From: Thalassobaculaceae bacterium
Lineage (GTDB): Bacteria > Pseudomonadota > Alphaproteobacteria > Thalassobaculales > Thalassobaculaceae
Length of the DNA: 64,000 nucleotides
Direction: 5' to 3'
Assembly (NCBI GenBank): GCA_965213935.1
Contig: CBDCAO010000009.1
Span: forward strand, 43,536 to 107,535
Part shown: positions 1-8,173 of the stretch, piece after piece
Position numbering within the stretch: the stretch's first letter is position 1
Layout: the number at the start of each line of letters is the position of its first letter
The notes under the pieces: generated by a model
Databases searched by the model: none
What the model saw: only the letters and a program-made list of their open reading frames with translations
What the model was told of the DNA's origin: nothing
Position numbers and translations under genes: made by a program

Positions 1-804
1 GGCGAGACCGCCCGGGTTTCGCGCGAGGTCGCCGGCGCCATCGAGTCCTACCGGTTCAACGAGGCGGCCGGTTCGGTCTACCGGTTCTGCTGGAACATCT
101 TCTGCGACTGGTATCTCGAGTTCACCAAACCGCTGCTGGCCGGCGAGAACGAGGAGGTGGCAGCCGAGACCCGTGCGACGAGTGCCTGGGTGCTTCAGCA
201 GATGCTGAACGTGCTCAATCCGCTGATGCCGTACCTGACCGAGGAACTGTGGGAACGGCTCGGAGGGAAGGCGGCGCTCATCACCAACCCGTGGCCGGAC
301 CTCGACCGGTTCACCGGCGATGCCGGGGTTGCACACGAGATGGACTGGGTGATTCGCCTGATCACGGAAGTGCGCTCCATCCGTTCGGAAATGAACGTGC
401 CGCCCCGCGCCGAGGTCGACCTGTTTCTCGAAGGCGCCTCGGCGGACACGCTCGCCCGTCTCGATACCCACCGAACCATGATCATGCGCCTCGCACGGCT
501 CGCATCCATCAGCCCGCTCACCGGCCAGGTTCCGCACGGCGCGGCACAGAGCCTGCTCGACGAGGCAACGTTGGTCTTGCCGCTTGCCGACATCATTGAT
601 CTCGACCAGGAACGAACCCGGCTCTCCAGGGATCTTGCCAAGGCGCGAAGCGGCATTGCCGGGCTGAGACGCAAGCTTGCCAACCCGGCGTTCCGGGACC
701 GGGCGCCGCGCGAGGTTCTGGACACCAACCGGCAGCGCCTGGCCGCCGAACGCCAGAAGCGCGAGCAGCTGAAGGAGGCCCTGCGCAGGCTCGGCGCCGC
801 GTAG
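1..804 (+). CDS. valS: valine--tRNA ligase, C-terminal portion (5' end outside window)
   Basis: Frame is open from base 1 to TAG at 802-804. Translation has YRFNEAAGSVYRFCWNIFCDWYLEFTKP and the C-terminal coiled coil NPAFRDRAPREVLDTNRQRLAAERQKREQLKEAL typical of ValRS. Confidence 0.85.
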   Translation, partial: GETARVSREVAGAIESYRFNEAAGSVYRFCWNIFCDWYLEFTKPLLAGENEEVAAETRATSAWVLQQMLNVLNPLMPYLTEELWERLGGKAALITNPWPDLDRFTGDAGVAHEMDWVIRLITEVRSIRSEMNVPPRAEVDLFLEGASADTLARLDTHRTMIMRLARLASISPLTGQVPHGAAQSLLDEATLVLPLADIIDLDQERTRLSRDLAKARSGIAGLRRKLANPAFRDRAPREVLDTNRQRLAAERQKREQLKEALRRLGAA

Positions 805-813
805 CGGCTCCCG

Positions 814-2421
814 TCAGGCCGCGGCGCGTGCCTGGCGGTCCTCCCTGATCATGTCGGCGCCCTTTTCCGCCGCCATGATCACAGGCGCGTTGATGTTGCC
901 CGACGGCATGGTCGGAAAGATCGAGGCGTCGACGACGCGCAGACCCTCGAGACCATGGACCCTGAGCCTGTTGTCGACCACCGCCATCGGGTCATGACCC
1001 ATCTTGCAGGTTCCCATCGGGTGGTAGGTCGTCGCGCCGGTCTCGCGCGCAAATGCCAGCAAGTCGGCATCGCTGACGCAGTCCGCTCCCGGGTTCATTT
1101 CGTGGTCGATGTAGCGTCCGAGCGCCCTGGTCTGGCCGAGCGCCCGGCACACGTGCAGGCCCGAAACCAGGGTCTGCTGGTCGAGTTCCACCGTCAGGAA
1201 GTTCGGACGGATCTTCGGCGCCGCGAACGGGTCCGGGCCGCCGAGATGAATTGAGCCGACACTCTCGGGACGGCACTGGTAGACCGCAAGCGTCATGCCG
1301 GGCTCGCGCTCGAGCACCCGATCCCGGATCGAGCCGAAGCTGGCGTGCGCAAAGAAGAACTGGATGTCTGGTGTCTCCAGTTCCGGCCGGGTTCGGACGA
1401 ACCCGTGTCCGATACCGGCCGTCCAGGTCAGCGCGCCGCGTCGGGTGAGAACGTACTTCGCGACCTCGCCGACCAGCCGCAGCCCGCGGGTCTGCTCGTT
1501 CAGGGTGATCGGCCGGTTCACCCGCCAGTTCATCCTCGCGGCATAGTGGTCGCGGTAGTTCTCGCCAACGCCGGACAGCGCGTGACGGACCTCGATTCCG
1601 TGTTCGCGCAGCAGTTCCGGCTGACCGATGCCGGACAGTTCGAGGATCTGCGGCGACTGCACCGCACCGGCGCACAGGACGACCTCGAGGTTCGCGGTCT
1701 CGGTACGGGACTGGCCATTCTGCGACCAGGTCACACCGGTGACCCGCGTTCCCTCCATTTCGATCCGGGTGACATGGGCATTCGGCTCGATCCGCAGGTT
1801 CTGCCTGCCGCGCACCGGGTCCAGGAAGGCCCGGGCGGTGCTCTCGCGCCGGCCGTTGCGCTGGGTTATCTGGTAGTAGCCGAATCCGTCCTGACTGGCG
1901 CCGTTGTAGTCGGGGTTGCGTGGATAGCCGAGTTCCTCTCCGGCCTCGATGAAGGCATCAACGATCTCGTGGTGCTCGTACATGTCGGCCACGTTCATCG
2001 GCCCGCCGTCCCCGCGGTACTCGTCGCCGCCGCGTTCGAAGGATTCCGCCTTGCGGAAATACGGAAGGACGTCGGTGTACGACCAGCCGCGGTTTCCGAG
2101 CTGGGCCCAGACATCGTAGTCGAAGGCCTGGCCGCGGACGTAGAGCATGCCGTTGATCGAACTCGATCCCCCCAGCACCCGTCCGCGCGGGATCGGAATG
2201 GTTCGCCCCGCCAGCGCCTCGTCCGGTTCGGTCTCGAAACACCAGTTGACCTGCCGGTTGTTGAGCGTTCGGGTAAACCCGACCGGGATATGGATCCACG
2301 GGTTGCTGTCCTTGCCTCCGGCCTCGAGCAGCAGCACGCTGGTCCCCGGATCCTCGCTCAGGCGGTTCGCCATCACGCACCCGGCGGACCCTGCCCCGAT
2401 GATGATGTAATCGTATGCCAT
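814..2421 (-). CDS. GMC-family FAD oxidoreductase (choline/alcohol dehydrogenase-like)
   Basis: Start chosen at MAYDYIIIGAGSAGC (FAD Rossmann motif). GGSSSINGMLYVRG and C-terminal TTYHPMGTCKMG are GMC signatures. The longer ORF to 2577 is an upstream extension with no similarity. Confidence 0.85.
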   Translation of the reverse strand: MAYDYIIIGAGSAGCVMANRLSEDPGTSVLLLEAGGKDSNPWIHIPVGFTRTLNNRQVNWCFETEPDEALAGRTIPIPRGRVLGGSSSINGMLYVRGQAFDYDVWAQLGNRGWSYTDVLPYFRKAESFERGGDEYRGDGGPMNVADMYEHHEIVDAFIEAGEELGYPRNPDYNGASQDGFGYYQITQRNGRRESTARAFLDPVRGRQNLRIEPNAHVTRIEMEGTRVTGVTWSQNGQSRTETANLEVVLCAGAVQSPQILELSGIGQPELLREHGIEVRHALSGVGENYRDHYAARMNWRVNRPITLNEQTRGLRLVGEVAKYVLTRRGALTWTAGIGHGFVRTRPELETPDIQFFFAHASFGSIRDRVLEREPGMTLAVYQCRPESVGSIHLGGPDPFAAPKIRPNFLTVELDQQTLVSGLHVCRALGQTRALGRYIDHEMNPGADCVSDADLLAFARETGATTYHPMGTCKMGHDPMAVVDNRLRVHGLEGLRVVDASIFPTMPSGNINAPVIMAAEKGADMIREDRQARAAA

Positions 2422-2640
2422 CGCCTTTCCGTCCCTCCCGCTGTCGCTGTCAAGGCCAGCGCACAAGACTGCCCGCAAAACGCTGGCAATGGAATTGCGC
2501 TTTGCAGGTTTCGCGCTGTCATCAGGCCCGGGATGGTTGTTCCGGCGCACGAGCCACCGTGCGAACACGGGTGACACCGCAGGCGCAAGCCGATAGGGAT
2601 GGACACTGCAGGAGCATCAGGACCGCTGGAGGAGGAGCGC

Positions 2641-3441
2641 ATGGCGTCCGGCACACGACTTGAGGGCAAGATCGCGATCGTAACCGGTGGTGCCTCGGGC
2701 ATCGGCGCGGAAACCGCGCGCTGCTTTGCCGCCGAGGGAGCCAGGGTCGTGGTCGCCGACGTCCAGGACGAGCTCGGCGAAGAGGTCGTCGCCGGAATCG
2801 CCGCGACCGGCGGCGAAGCGGTCTGGAAGCGTCTCGACGTGGTCGATCGCGAGGCCTGGGAGGAGGTGGTCGCGGATACCATCTCGCTGTGGGGCGGGCT
2901 GCACGTGCTCGGCAATATAGCCGGCGTGTCCGGCCGCGACCCGACGATGACGCTGCAGACCACGATCACGCCGGGGCCGACCATCGAAGACACCACGCCC
3001 GAGATCTGGGAACGGGTGATGTCGGTCAACGTGACCGGGGTCTACCTGGGGACCAGGGCCGCGATACCGCCGATGCGCAGTTCCGGCGGCGGGTCGATCA
3101 TCAACATCTCGTCGATCTGTGGTCTGGTCGGCAGTTTCGGCAACGCCGCCTACCACGCTTCCAAGGGAGCTGTACGGATCTTCACCAAGGCAACGGCGGT
3201 TCAGCATGCAGTCGACGGCATCCGGGCGAATTCCATCCACCCGGGTTTCGTCGACACGCCGATGACGCGACCGGGCCATTCGAACAACGAGGTCGCCCGG
3301 GTCCGGCTCGCCGCCACACCGCTCGGTCGATTCGGAACGCCGCGTGACATTGCGCTCGGCTGCCTGTATCTCGCGGGCGACGAATCCTCCTGGGTCACCG
3401 GCAGCGAACTGGTGATCGACGGCGGCGTGACAGCGCAGTAG
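2641..3441 (+). CDS. SDR-family oxidoreductase
   Basis: GKIAIVTGGASGIG cofactor motif and NAAYHASKGAV (YxxxK) catalytic motif. Start is at the ATG giving MASGTRLEGK. Confidence 0.85.
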   Translation: MASGTRLEGKIAIVTGGASGIGAETARCFAAEGARVVVADVQDELGEEVVAGIAATGGEAVWKRLDVVDREAWEEVVADTISLWGGLHVLGNIAGVSGRDPTMTLQTTITPGPTIEDTTPEIWERVMSVNVTGVYLGTRAAIPPMRSSGGGSIINISSICGLVGSFGNAAYHASKGAVRIFTKATAVQHAVDGIRANSIHPGFVDTPMTRPGHSNNEVARVRLAATPLGRFGTPRDIALGCLYLAGDESSWVTGSELVIDGGVTAQ

Positions 3442-3474
3442 GCCTGTCGCCCCTTACACGACAGGAGTCGGAGA

Positions 3475-4650
3475 ATGATCAGCAAGTTTACCACCGTCTA
3501 TGCCGGTCACGTCGACCTGCCGGATATCGGCCAGCACACGACGCCGGCGAACGAACGTCGCTACGACAACGACCACCTGGCCAGCGTCTTCGCCAAGACC
3601 GAGAACATCGCGAAGACCATGGACGCCTGCGGCTACGAAATGCTGTGGCTGGCCGAGCACCATTTCCAGCACGAGGGCTACGAGGTCATTCCGAACATCC
3701 TGATGATGGCGGTCCATCTCGCGCATGTCACACCCAGGCTCAGAATCGGCTGCGGCTTCAACATCACCCCGATGTGGCATCCGCTGCGTCTGGCAGAGGA
3801 CTTTGCCACCGCCGACGTGCTCACCGGCGGGCGGACCGTCTTCGGGGTCGGCCGCGGCTACCACACCCGCGAGGTCGAGACCTTCGGCGCCCCGATGCAG
3901 GACCAGACCGCCAACCGGGACCTGTTCGAGGAACAGGTCGAGATCATGTTCAAGGCCTTCAATCAGGAGTCCTTCTCGCACCGGGGCCAGAACTACACCC
4001 TGCCGCCACGGGTCCCCTACCGCGGCTACGAGCTTGAGGAAATCACCCTGGTGCCGCGGCCGGTCAACCTGCCGGTGGAGTGCTGGCAACCGGTAGTCAG
4101 CGCCAATCCGCGCGGACTCGACTTCATGATCCGTCACGGCATCAATGGTGCGGTCGGCGGGGGTGCCGCGACCATGTCGGACGGTCCGATCCAGGCCTAC
4201 CGGGATGCCGCCGCCCGCGCCGGCCAGGAACTGGCACTGGGCGAGAACCTGACAGTGGGCATCTTCTGCCACCTCGCCGACACGCCGGAACAGGCGCTCG
4301 AGGAAATCACGCCGCTCTACGAAGAGCACGTGAAGATGTTCGGGCCGCTCGGCTTTGTCCCCGGGCTGACACCGGAGCAGGTCTCCATCACCCAGGGTCG
4401 CGGTGGCTGGTACGAGGCCGGCGTACCTCGGGTGCAGCACTTCATGGATCTCGGCGCCTGGTTTGCCGGAACCGCCGAACAGCTGGTCGAGCACCTGAAG
4501 GTGCTGGAGGCGCGCTACCCGGGAATGGAGCTGATCAACCTTTCGTGTCCGATGGGAACGCCGGAGCAGATGATGCTCGAGCAGTACCACCGGGTGGCGG
4601 AAGGAGTGATGCCCGCGTTCCGCACGCCGGCGTCGGCAGCAGCGGAGTAG
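3475..4650 (+). CDS. LLM-class (luciferase-like) flavin-dependent oxidoreductase
   Basis: 391-aa ORF with a GGAG-type RBS upstream. MLWLAEHHF and GRTVFGVGRGY motifs are typical of luciferase-like monooxygenases. Confidence 0.8.
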   Translation: MISKFTTVYAGHVDLPDIGQHTTPANERRYDNDHLASVFAKTENIAKTMDACGYEMLWLAEHHFQHEGYEVIPNILMMAVHLAHVTPRLRIGCGFNITPMWHPLRLAEDFATADVLTGGRTVFGVGRGYHTREVETFGAPMQDQTANRDLFEEQVEIMFKAFNQESFSHRGQNYTLPPRVPYRGYELEEITLVPRPVNLPVECWQPVVSANPRGLDFMIRHGINGAVGGGAATMSDGPIQAYRDAAARAGQELALGENLTVGIFCHLADTPEQALEEITPLYEEHVKMFGPLGFVPGLTPEQVSITQGRGGWYEAGVPRVQHFMDLGAWFAGTAEQLVEHLKVLEARYPGMELINLSCPMGTPEQMMLEQYHRVAEGVMPAFRTPASAAAE

Positions 4651-4738
4651 GAAGCCGGGACCGCGAGGTCTCCCGGGAAGTCATTCCCGGGGGGCACCGC
4701 AGCCCGTGTATCCGTCCGACCGGCAGGGGAGGCAAACG

Positions 4739-5450
4739 GCTGATCACGGGCGTCACGCTCGTCATCGCGGTCACCGACAGCGACTGGTTCAGCCACCTGC
4801 GGCAGCGCCTGGACCTTCGCGAAGTCAATTTCTGGTCGCCCTCGCCGAGGGCCTTCAAGGCCCTGCGGCCGGGCGAACTGTTCCTGTTCAAGCTGAAGGC
4901 CCCTCGTCACGCAATCGTCGGTGGCGGCATCTTCGCCCACCTGCTGCCGTGTTCACTCGCATGGAAGGCGTTCGGCGCATCGAACGGCGCCGATTCGGCG
5001 GAAGAGATGCACCAACTCATCGCCAGGTATCGCGAGGCGGATCCGAATGACCGCAGCGACTTTGCGATCGGATGCCGCATCCCGACCCAGCCATTCTTCC
5101 TCGACGAACCCGACTGGATCCCGTTGCCGGCGAACTTCCCGCCCGACATCATCAGGTTCAAGACCTGCACGACCGCCCGCGGCACCGTGTGGAGTCTTTA
5201 CCTGGAACACTATCCAATACTCACTGCCCCACGGAGCATGATCAACCGCAGCCTGGCCCGGTGTTTCGCTTCGCGATGAGGCGGGGGTCCGCAGCGAGGG
5301 TTCTTCAAGAGTCGGCGCCGGCGGGGAATTACGGGCGGAAAGGGTCTGCATCGAGAACATCTTGCCCTCGTGTGGGGCAGAACGACCAAGATTCAGGGGT
5401 GCTTCGCGTCGAACCGACGTCTGCGATGTCGAAGTGCAGACGCAGATGAG
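4739..5450 (+). pseudogene. decayed HNH-endonuclease-family gene (N-terminal domain retained, HNH part degraded)
   Basis: IAVTDSDWFSHLRQRLDLREVNFWSPSPRAFKALRPGELFLFKLKAPRHAIVGGGIF...IGCRIPTQPFFLDEPDWIPLPANFPPDII matches, from memory, the N-terminal domain of a widespread roughly 330-aa HNH endonuclease family. There is no ATG/GTG at the expected start. The frame ends at 5279 without an HNH domain. Only faint out-of-frame remnants (PGPVF..., CIENILP...RPRF) follow up to about 5450. Confidence 0.45.
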
Positions 5451-5504
5451 GACTCTTGAACCAGCCCGGTTCGGCAGACGACTTTCATGCTCATAACCGA
5501 GGCC

Positions 5505-6905
5505 CTACCAGTGACTTCGGGCTTCTGACCAGATTCGAGCAATATCGTGGTTATCGACCTGGTGTCTGATGACAAGCCATGAGACGCCGAACTCTCTGGC
5601 CAGCAGATCGATGTCATCTGCCAGGATGACGTGCGAGGATATTCTGTTCCGAATTGCATGAGCCGGGGCCAGAAACTCGGCCGCAAAGGCCCGGCCACGT
5701 TGTTGTCGCCAAGATCGGGCTCTGGTCAACACGGAGTTTGGTTCTGAAGCCACCCGGACATCAGCCAGAGCACGACAAAACAGGAATCGCCGGCTGCTGG
5801 CCCTCTTCGCCGAAAAAGCGAATGTGAATTTCCCGTCATCAACGCGGGAGATCACGCCCTCCAACATGTGCAAGTTGCCGAAAGATGTGGCGCGTGTTGC
5901 CTTCTCTACCTGTTCCGGCGGTTCCCCAAGTGCACGTGCCAGAGTATCCCACGTGGGTAACGGATCGTTGCCAAGTTCCAGTGACTGGCGCAGACTTCGC
6001 GCCAGAGCATATCCCTCCTTCCAGGGATTGGGCGGCACCTGTATCCCGGCATCGACATACCGCGTCGACTCAGCGTCTGGATCCGATCGAGTTTCAGACA
6101 CAAACCCGTTGTGCAGAACCTCGGTCACGATCCTCCTGAGGCCGAGGCTGTTTCGTCTTGCACGTCCGACGGCTTTCCGAAAGTCGGCGATGTCTGCGAT
6201 GAGGTCCTTCGCTGAAAGAACAGCCGCCGCTTCTTCAAGAGCATCTCCCGTCAGGACTTCGCCCAAACGCACGACAGACGCGAGTGCATCGTCGTTCAGT
6301 GCGTACGGATCCCAACCAAGTCCGCCTGCCGTCTTGCAGAATTCGGTTTCCTCTTTGTCAGCAGACTGAATTGCCGACCAGTCCTGTTCCAGCAGTGTAT
6401 TGTGAATGTGGAACTCATGAAGGCGAGCGATCACACTGTCGATCAGGTTTGCGCAACTCTTGTGCCAGGATGCTCTGTCGATCCACGTCCAACCCTGCTC
6501 AAGACTTGCGTGACGGAAACAGTCGGGATCATCGCGCTTCCATACGAGACGCACCAGATGTCCCGAAGAGACAATCTGCAAGTCAGGATAGCCATATCCT
6601 TCCCGACCGTACCTCAGGGAATGTCGACGATCAAATTCCCGATCGTTCTCCTTGTCGGGGCTTTCAAACTCGTACAGGAGAAACCACCAATTGCTGACCA
6701 GCCATTCGGCGAGCGGGTAAAGTGAAACAAAGACCATGTCTCGAATTGTTCTGGAACGTTCATCGAGCACCCTGGTAATGGTCGACTCTCCCACGTGGAT
6801 GCGAAGGGATGCCCAGGTCGCCGCCAGTTCAGGGCCCTCAACTCCATGCGCACTCATCCAGTCAAATTCGAACTCGATGCGTGTCCCGGCATCCCTAAAC
6901 ACCAT
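5505..6905 (-). CDS. hypothetical 466-aa protein; unknown Trp-rich N-terminal region plus C-terminal ImmA/IrrE (COG2856/M78)-like module lacking HExxH
   Basis: Long ORF in a stretch visibly less GC-rich than its neighbours, so it is unlikely to be a GC shadow ORF. The ATG overlaps the upstream ORF by 11 nt. The C-terminus RRFLFCRALADV...RGRAFAAEFLAPAHAIR...LAREFGVSWLVIRHQV follows the ImmA/IrrE layout. Confidence 0.75.
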   Translation of the reverse strand: MVFRDAGTRIEFEFDWMSAHGVEGPELAATWASLRIHVGESTITRVLDERSRTIRDMVFVSLYPLAEWLVSNWWFLLYEFESPDKENDREFDRRHSLRYGREGYGYPDLQIVSSGHLVRLVWKRDDPDCFRHASLEQGWTWIDRASWHKSCANLIDSVIARLHEFHIHNTLLEQDWSAIQSADKEETEFCKTAGGLGWDPYALNDDALASVVRLGEVLTGDALEEAAAVLSAKDLIADIADFRKAVGRARRNSLGLRRIVTEVLHNGFVSETRSDPDAESTRYVDAGIQVPPNPWKEGYALARSLRQSLELGNDPLPTWDTLARALGEPPEQVEKATRATSFGNLHMLEGVISRVDDGKFTFAFSAKRASSRRFLFCRALADVRVASEPNSVLTRARSWRQQRGRAFAAEFLAPAHAIRNRISSHVILADDIDLLAREFGVSWLVIRHQVDNHDIARIWSEARSHW

Positions 6906-7287
6906 CCGGCCACTCCGGCCCGTCCAGTGGATACCCCTTGTAGGAGCCTGTCGTGCGGTTGACTAACCGGCCTTCGTAGACCGTAGTGTCGTCACGGTAC
7001 CAGACGTAGCGTGGAAACCCTCCTTCCCACGGGGCACCGGTGATTCCGTTGCGGATAGCGGTCTTCACCCATTCACATGCGGTCTTCTGGTCTGAAATCG
7101 TTCTCGGGCAAATGGATGCGTCAGTTCGCGGTCGGGGTTGTCCAGCGAAGCCCGGTGCGTCCTTGTGCTCCACGCTGCCAACATATGTAACCCGCTCAGC
7201 CAACCTGTCGAGATCAGCACCGGGGGCCACGAAAATCTCTCGTCTTCTCGGGCGTCTGTGACGGCTGGCACACATTTGGAAAGTCAC
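6895..7287 (-). CDS. hypothetical small protein (up to 130 aa), first gene of the two-gene cassette
   Basis: The ORF stop overlaps the start of the 466-aa ORF (GGATGGTGTTTAG). The start is uncertain: GTG at 7287, ATG at 7275, or an internal GTG giving VAPGADLD. No family recognised. The conserved-looking core is VTYVGSVEHKD...WEGGFPRYVWYRDDTTVYEGRLVNRTTGSYKGYPL. Confidence 0.55.
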   Translation of the reverse strand: MTFQMCASRHRRPRRREIFVAPGADLDRLAERVTYVGSVEHKDAPGFAGQPRPRTDASICPRTISDQKTACEWVKTAIRNGITGAPWEGGFPRYVWYRDDTTVYEGRLVNRTTGSYKGYPLDGPEWPDGV

Positions 7288-7359
7288 CTGTGTGTTTCAT
7301 AGGCGACCATACAGATCGCCAGACCGATTTCTACCGAGGATGATGGCGCCGCCGCCGAG

Positions 7360-7549
7360 CTATCTGGATGTCAGGGCCTCAAGCACCAGCGATGCGGCCA
7401 GTTCGATTTCCGTATCGGTTGTGAAGCGGCCAAAGCTGAAACGGATCGACGCGTCGGCCTCTTCCGTCGACCGACCGAGAGCACGTAGCACATGAGACGG
7501 TTCTGCAATACCGGAGGCGCACGCGGCGCCGGTCGATGCAGCGAGGCGA
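7360..7549 (-). pseudogene. C-terminal stub of a cysteine desulfurase (NifS/IscS family)
   Basis: [57 protein letters not shown] matches the last ~60 residues of IscS/NifS (SSGSAC...PS.VL.A.G...IRFS.GRFTT..EI). Nothing corresponding to the first ~330 residues is present. Homology starts exactly where higA stops. Confidence 0.7.
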
Positions 7550-7855
7550 TCACGCGGGTTGATAGCGACGAACGTCGATTTCGTCGGCGCGTGCACGCAT
7601 CTGCCTGGCGTCGTGCCATGCCTGCATCCGCAACAGCAGGTCCATACTGAGGCCGAAGGCCTTCTCGACCCGCAGCGCCATTTCGGGCGACAGCGAGGCG
7701 TTGCCGTTCACCAGGTCCGAGAGCGTCGCACGGCGCACGCCGAGAATCCGCGCCGCCGCCGCAACGCTCAACCCCAACTCCTCAAGGGCTTCGATCCGGA
7801 TGAAGGTTCCGGGATGCGGGGGAGTCATCCCCGTCTTGATGCCCGCGTCGCTCAT
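7550..7855 (-). CDS. higA: HigA-family antitoxin (XRE-type HTH)
   Basis: 101 aa. [55 protein letters not shown] is the typical HigA/VapI HTH. The ATG overlaps the higB stop (TGATG). Confidence 0.85.
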   Translation of the reverse strand: MSDAGIKTGMTPPHPGTFIRIEALEELGLSVAAAARILGVRRATLSDLVNGNASLSPEMALRVEKAFGLSMDLLLRMQAWHDARQMRARADEIDVRRYQPA

Positions 7856-8144
7856 CAGCGGTAATCCTCCAGGTTCACGCGCTCGATCCCGCCGTCCCGT
7901 TCCTCGAAGGTGATCCGCCAGTTGCCCGACATCGAGACACTCCACTCGTTGCGGCGCGCGCCGGACAGCCGCTGGACCCGCCATCCGGGCGCCGCCTCGC
8001 GGATGAAGCCTTCCATGGTCTCCGCCATGTCGAGCGCGCCGGGATGCCGCGCACGCGCTCCGCCAGGTCCTGTTTCAGCAGCCGGGACGAGTCGGTCTTG
8101 AAGAGCTGGCGCAAGCCCCGGTGGCGAAACGAACGGACGACCAT
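7855..8144 (-). pseudogene. higB: HigB toxin (RelE/ParE superfamily), frameshifted
   Basis: N-terminus MVVRSFRHRGLRQLFKTDSSRLLKQDLAERVR is in one frame (ATG 8142-8144). C-terminus ALDMAETMEGF...PGWRVQRLSGARRNEWSVSMSGNWRITFEERDGGIERVNLEDYR is in another. The span is 290 nt, not a multiple of 3, so about one base is missing near 8040-8055. Confidence 0.75.
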
Positions 8145-8152
8145 GCCTGTAT

Positions 8153-8173
8153 GTGTACGGCATGCCCGTACAC
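8153..8173. promoter_or_regulatory. perfect 8-bp inverted repeat just upstream of higB (candidate HigA operator)
   Basis: GTGTACGG-CATGC-CCGTACAC lies 9-29 nt upstream of the higB ATG. Confidence 0.5.

Noticed and set aside
1345-2574. 409-aa plus-strand ORF
   Set aside because: It lies entirely antisense to the GMC oxidoreductase gene. The composition is Arg/Pro/Gly-rich and typical of a GC shadow frame, with no recognisable motifs.
3454-4590. 378-aa minus-strand ORF
   Set aside because: It is antisense to the LLM oxidoreductase gene. It is a shadow ORF of high-GC DNA.
4080-4738. N-terminal 220 codons of the 399-aa ORF 4080..5279
   Set aside because: This part overlaps the 3' end of the LLM gene in another frame and is Arg/Gly-rich junk. 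Only the part from about 4739 resembles a real protein family.
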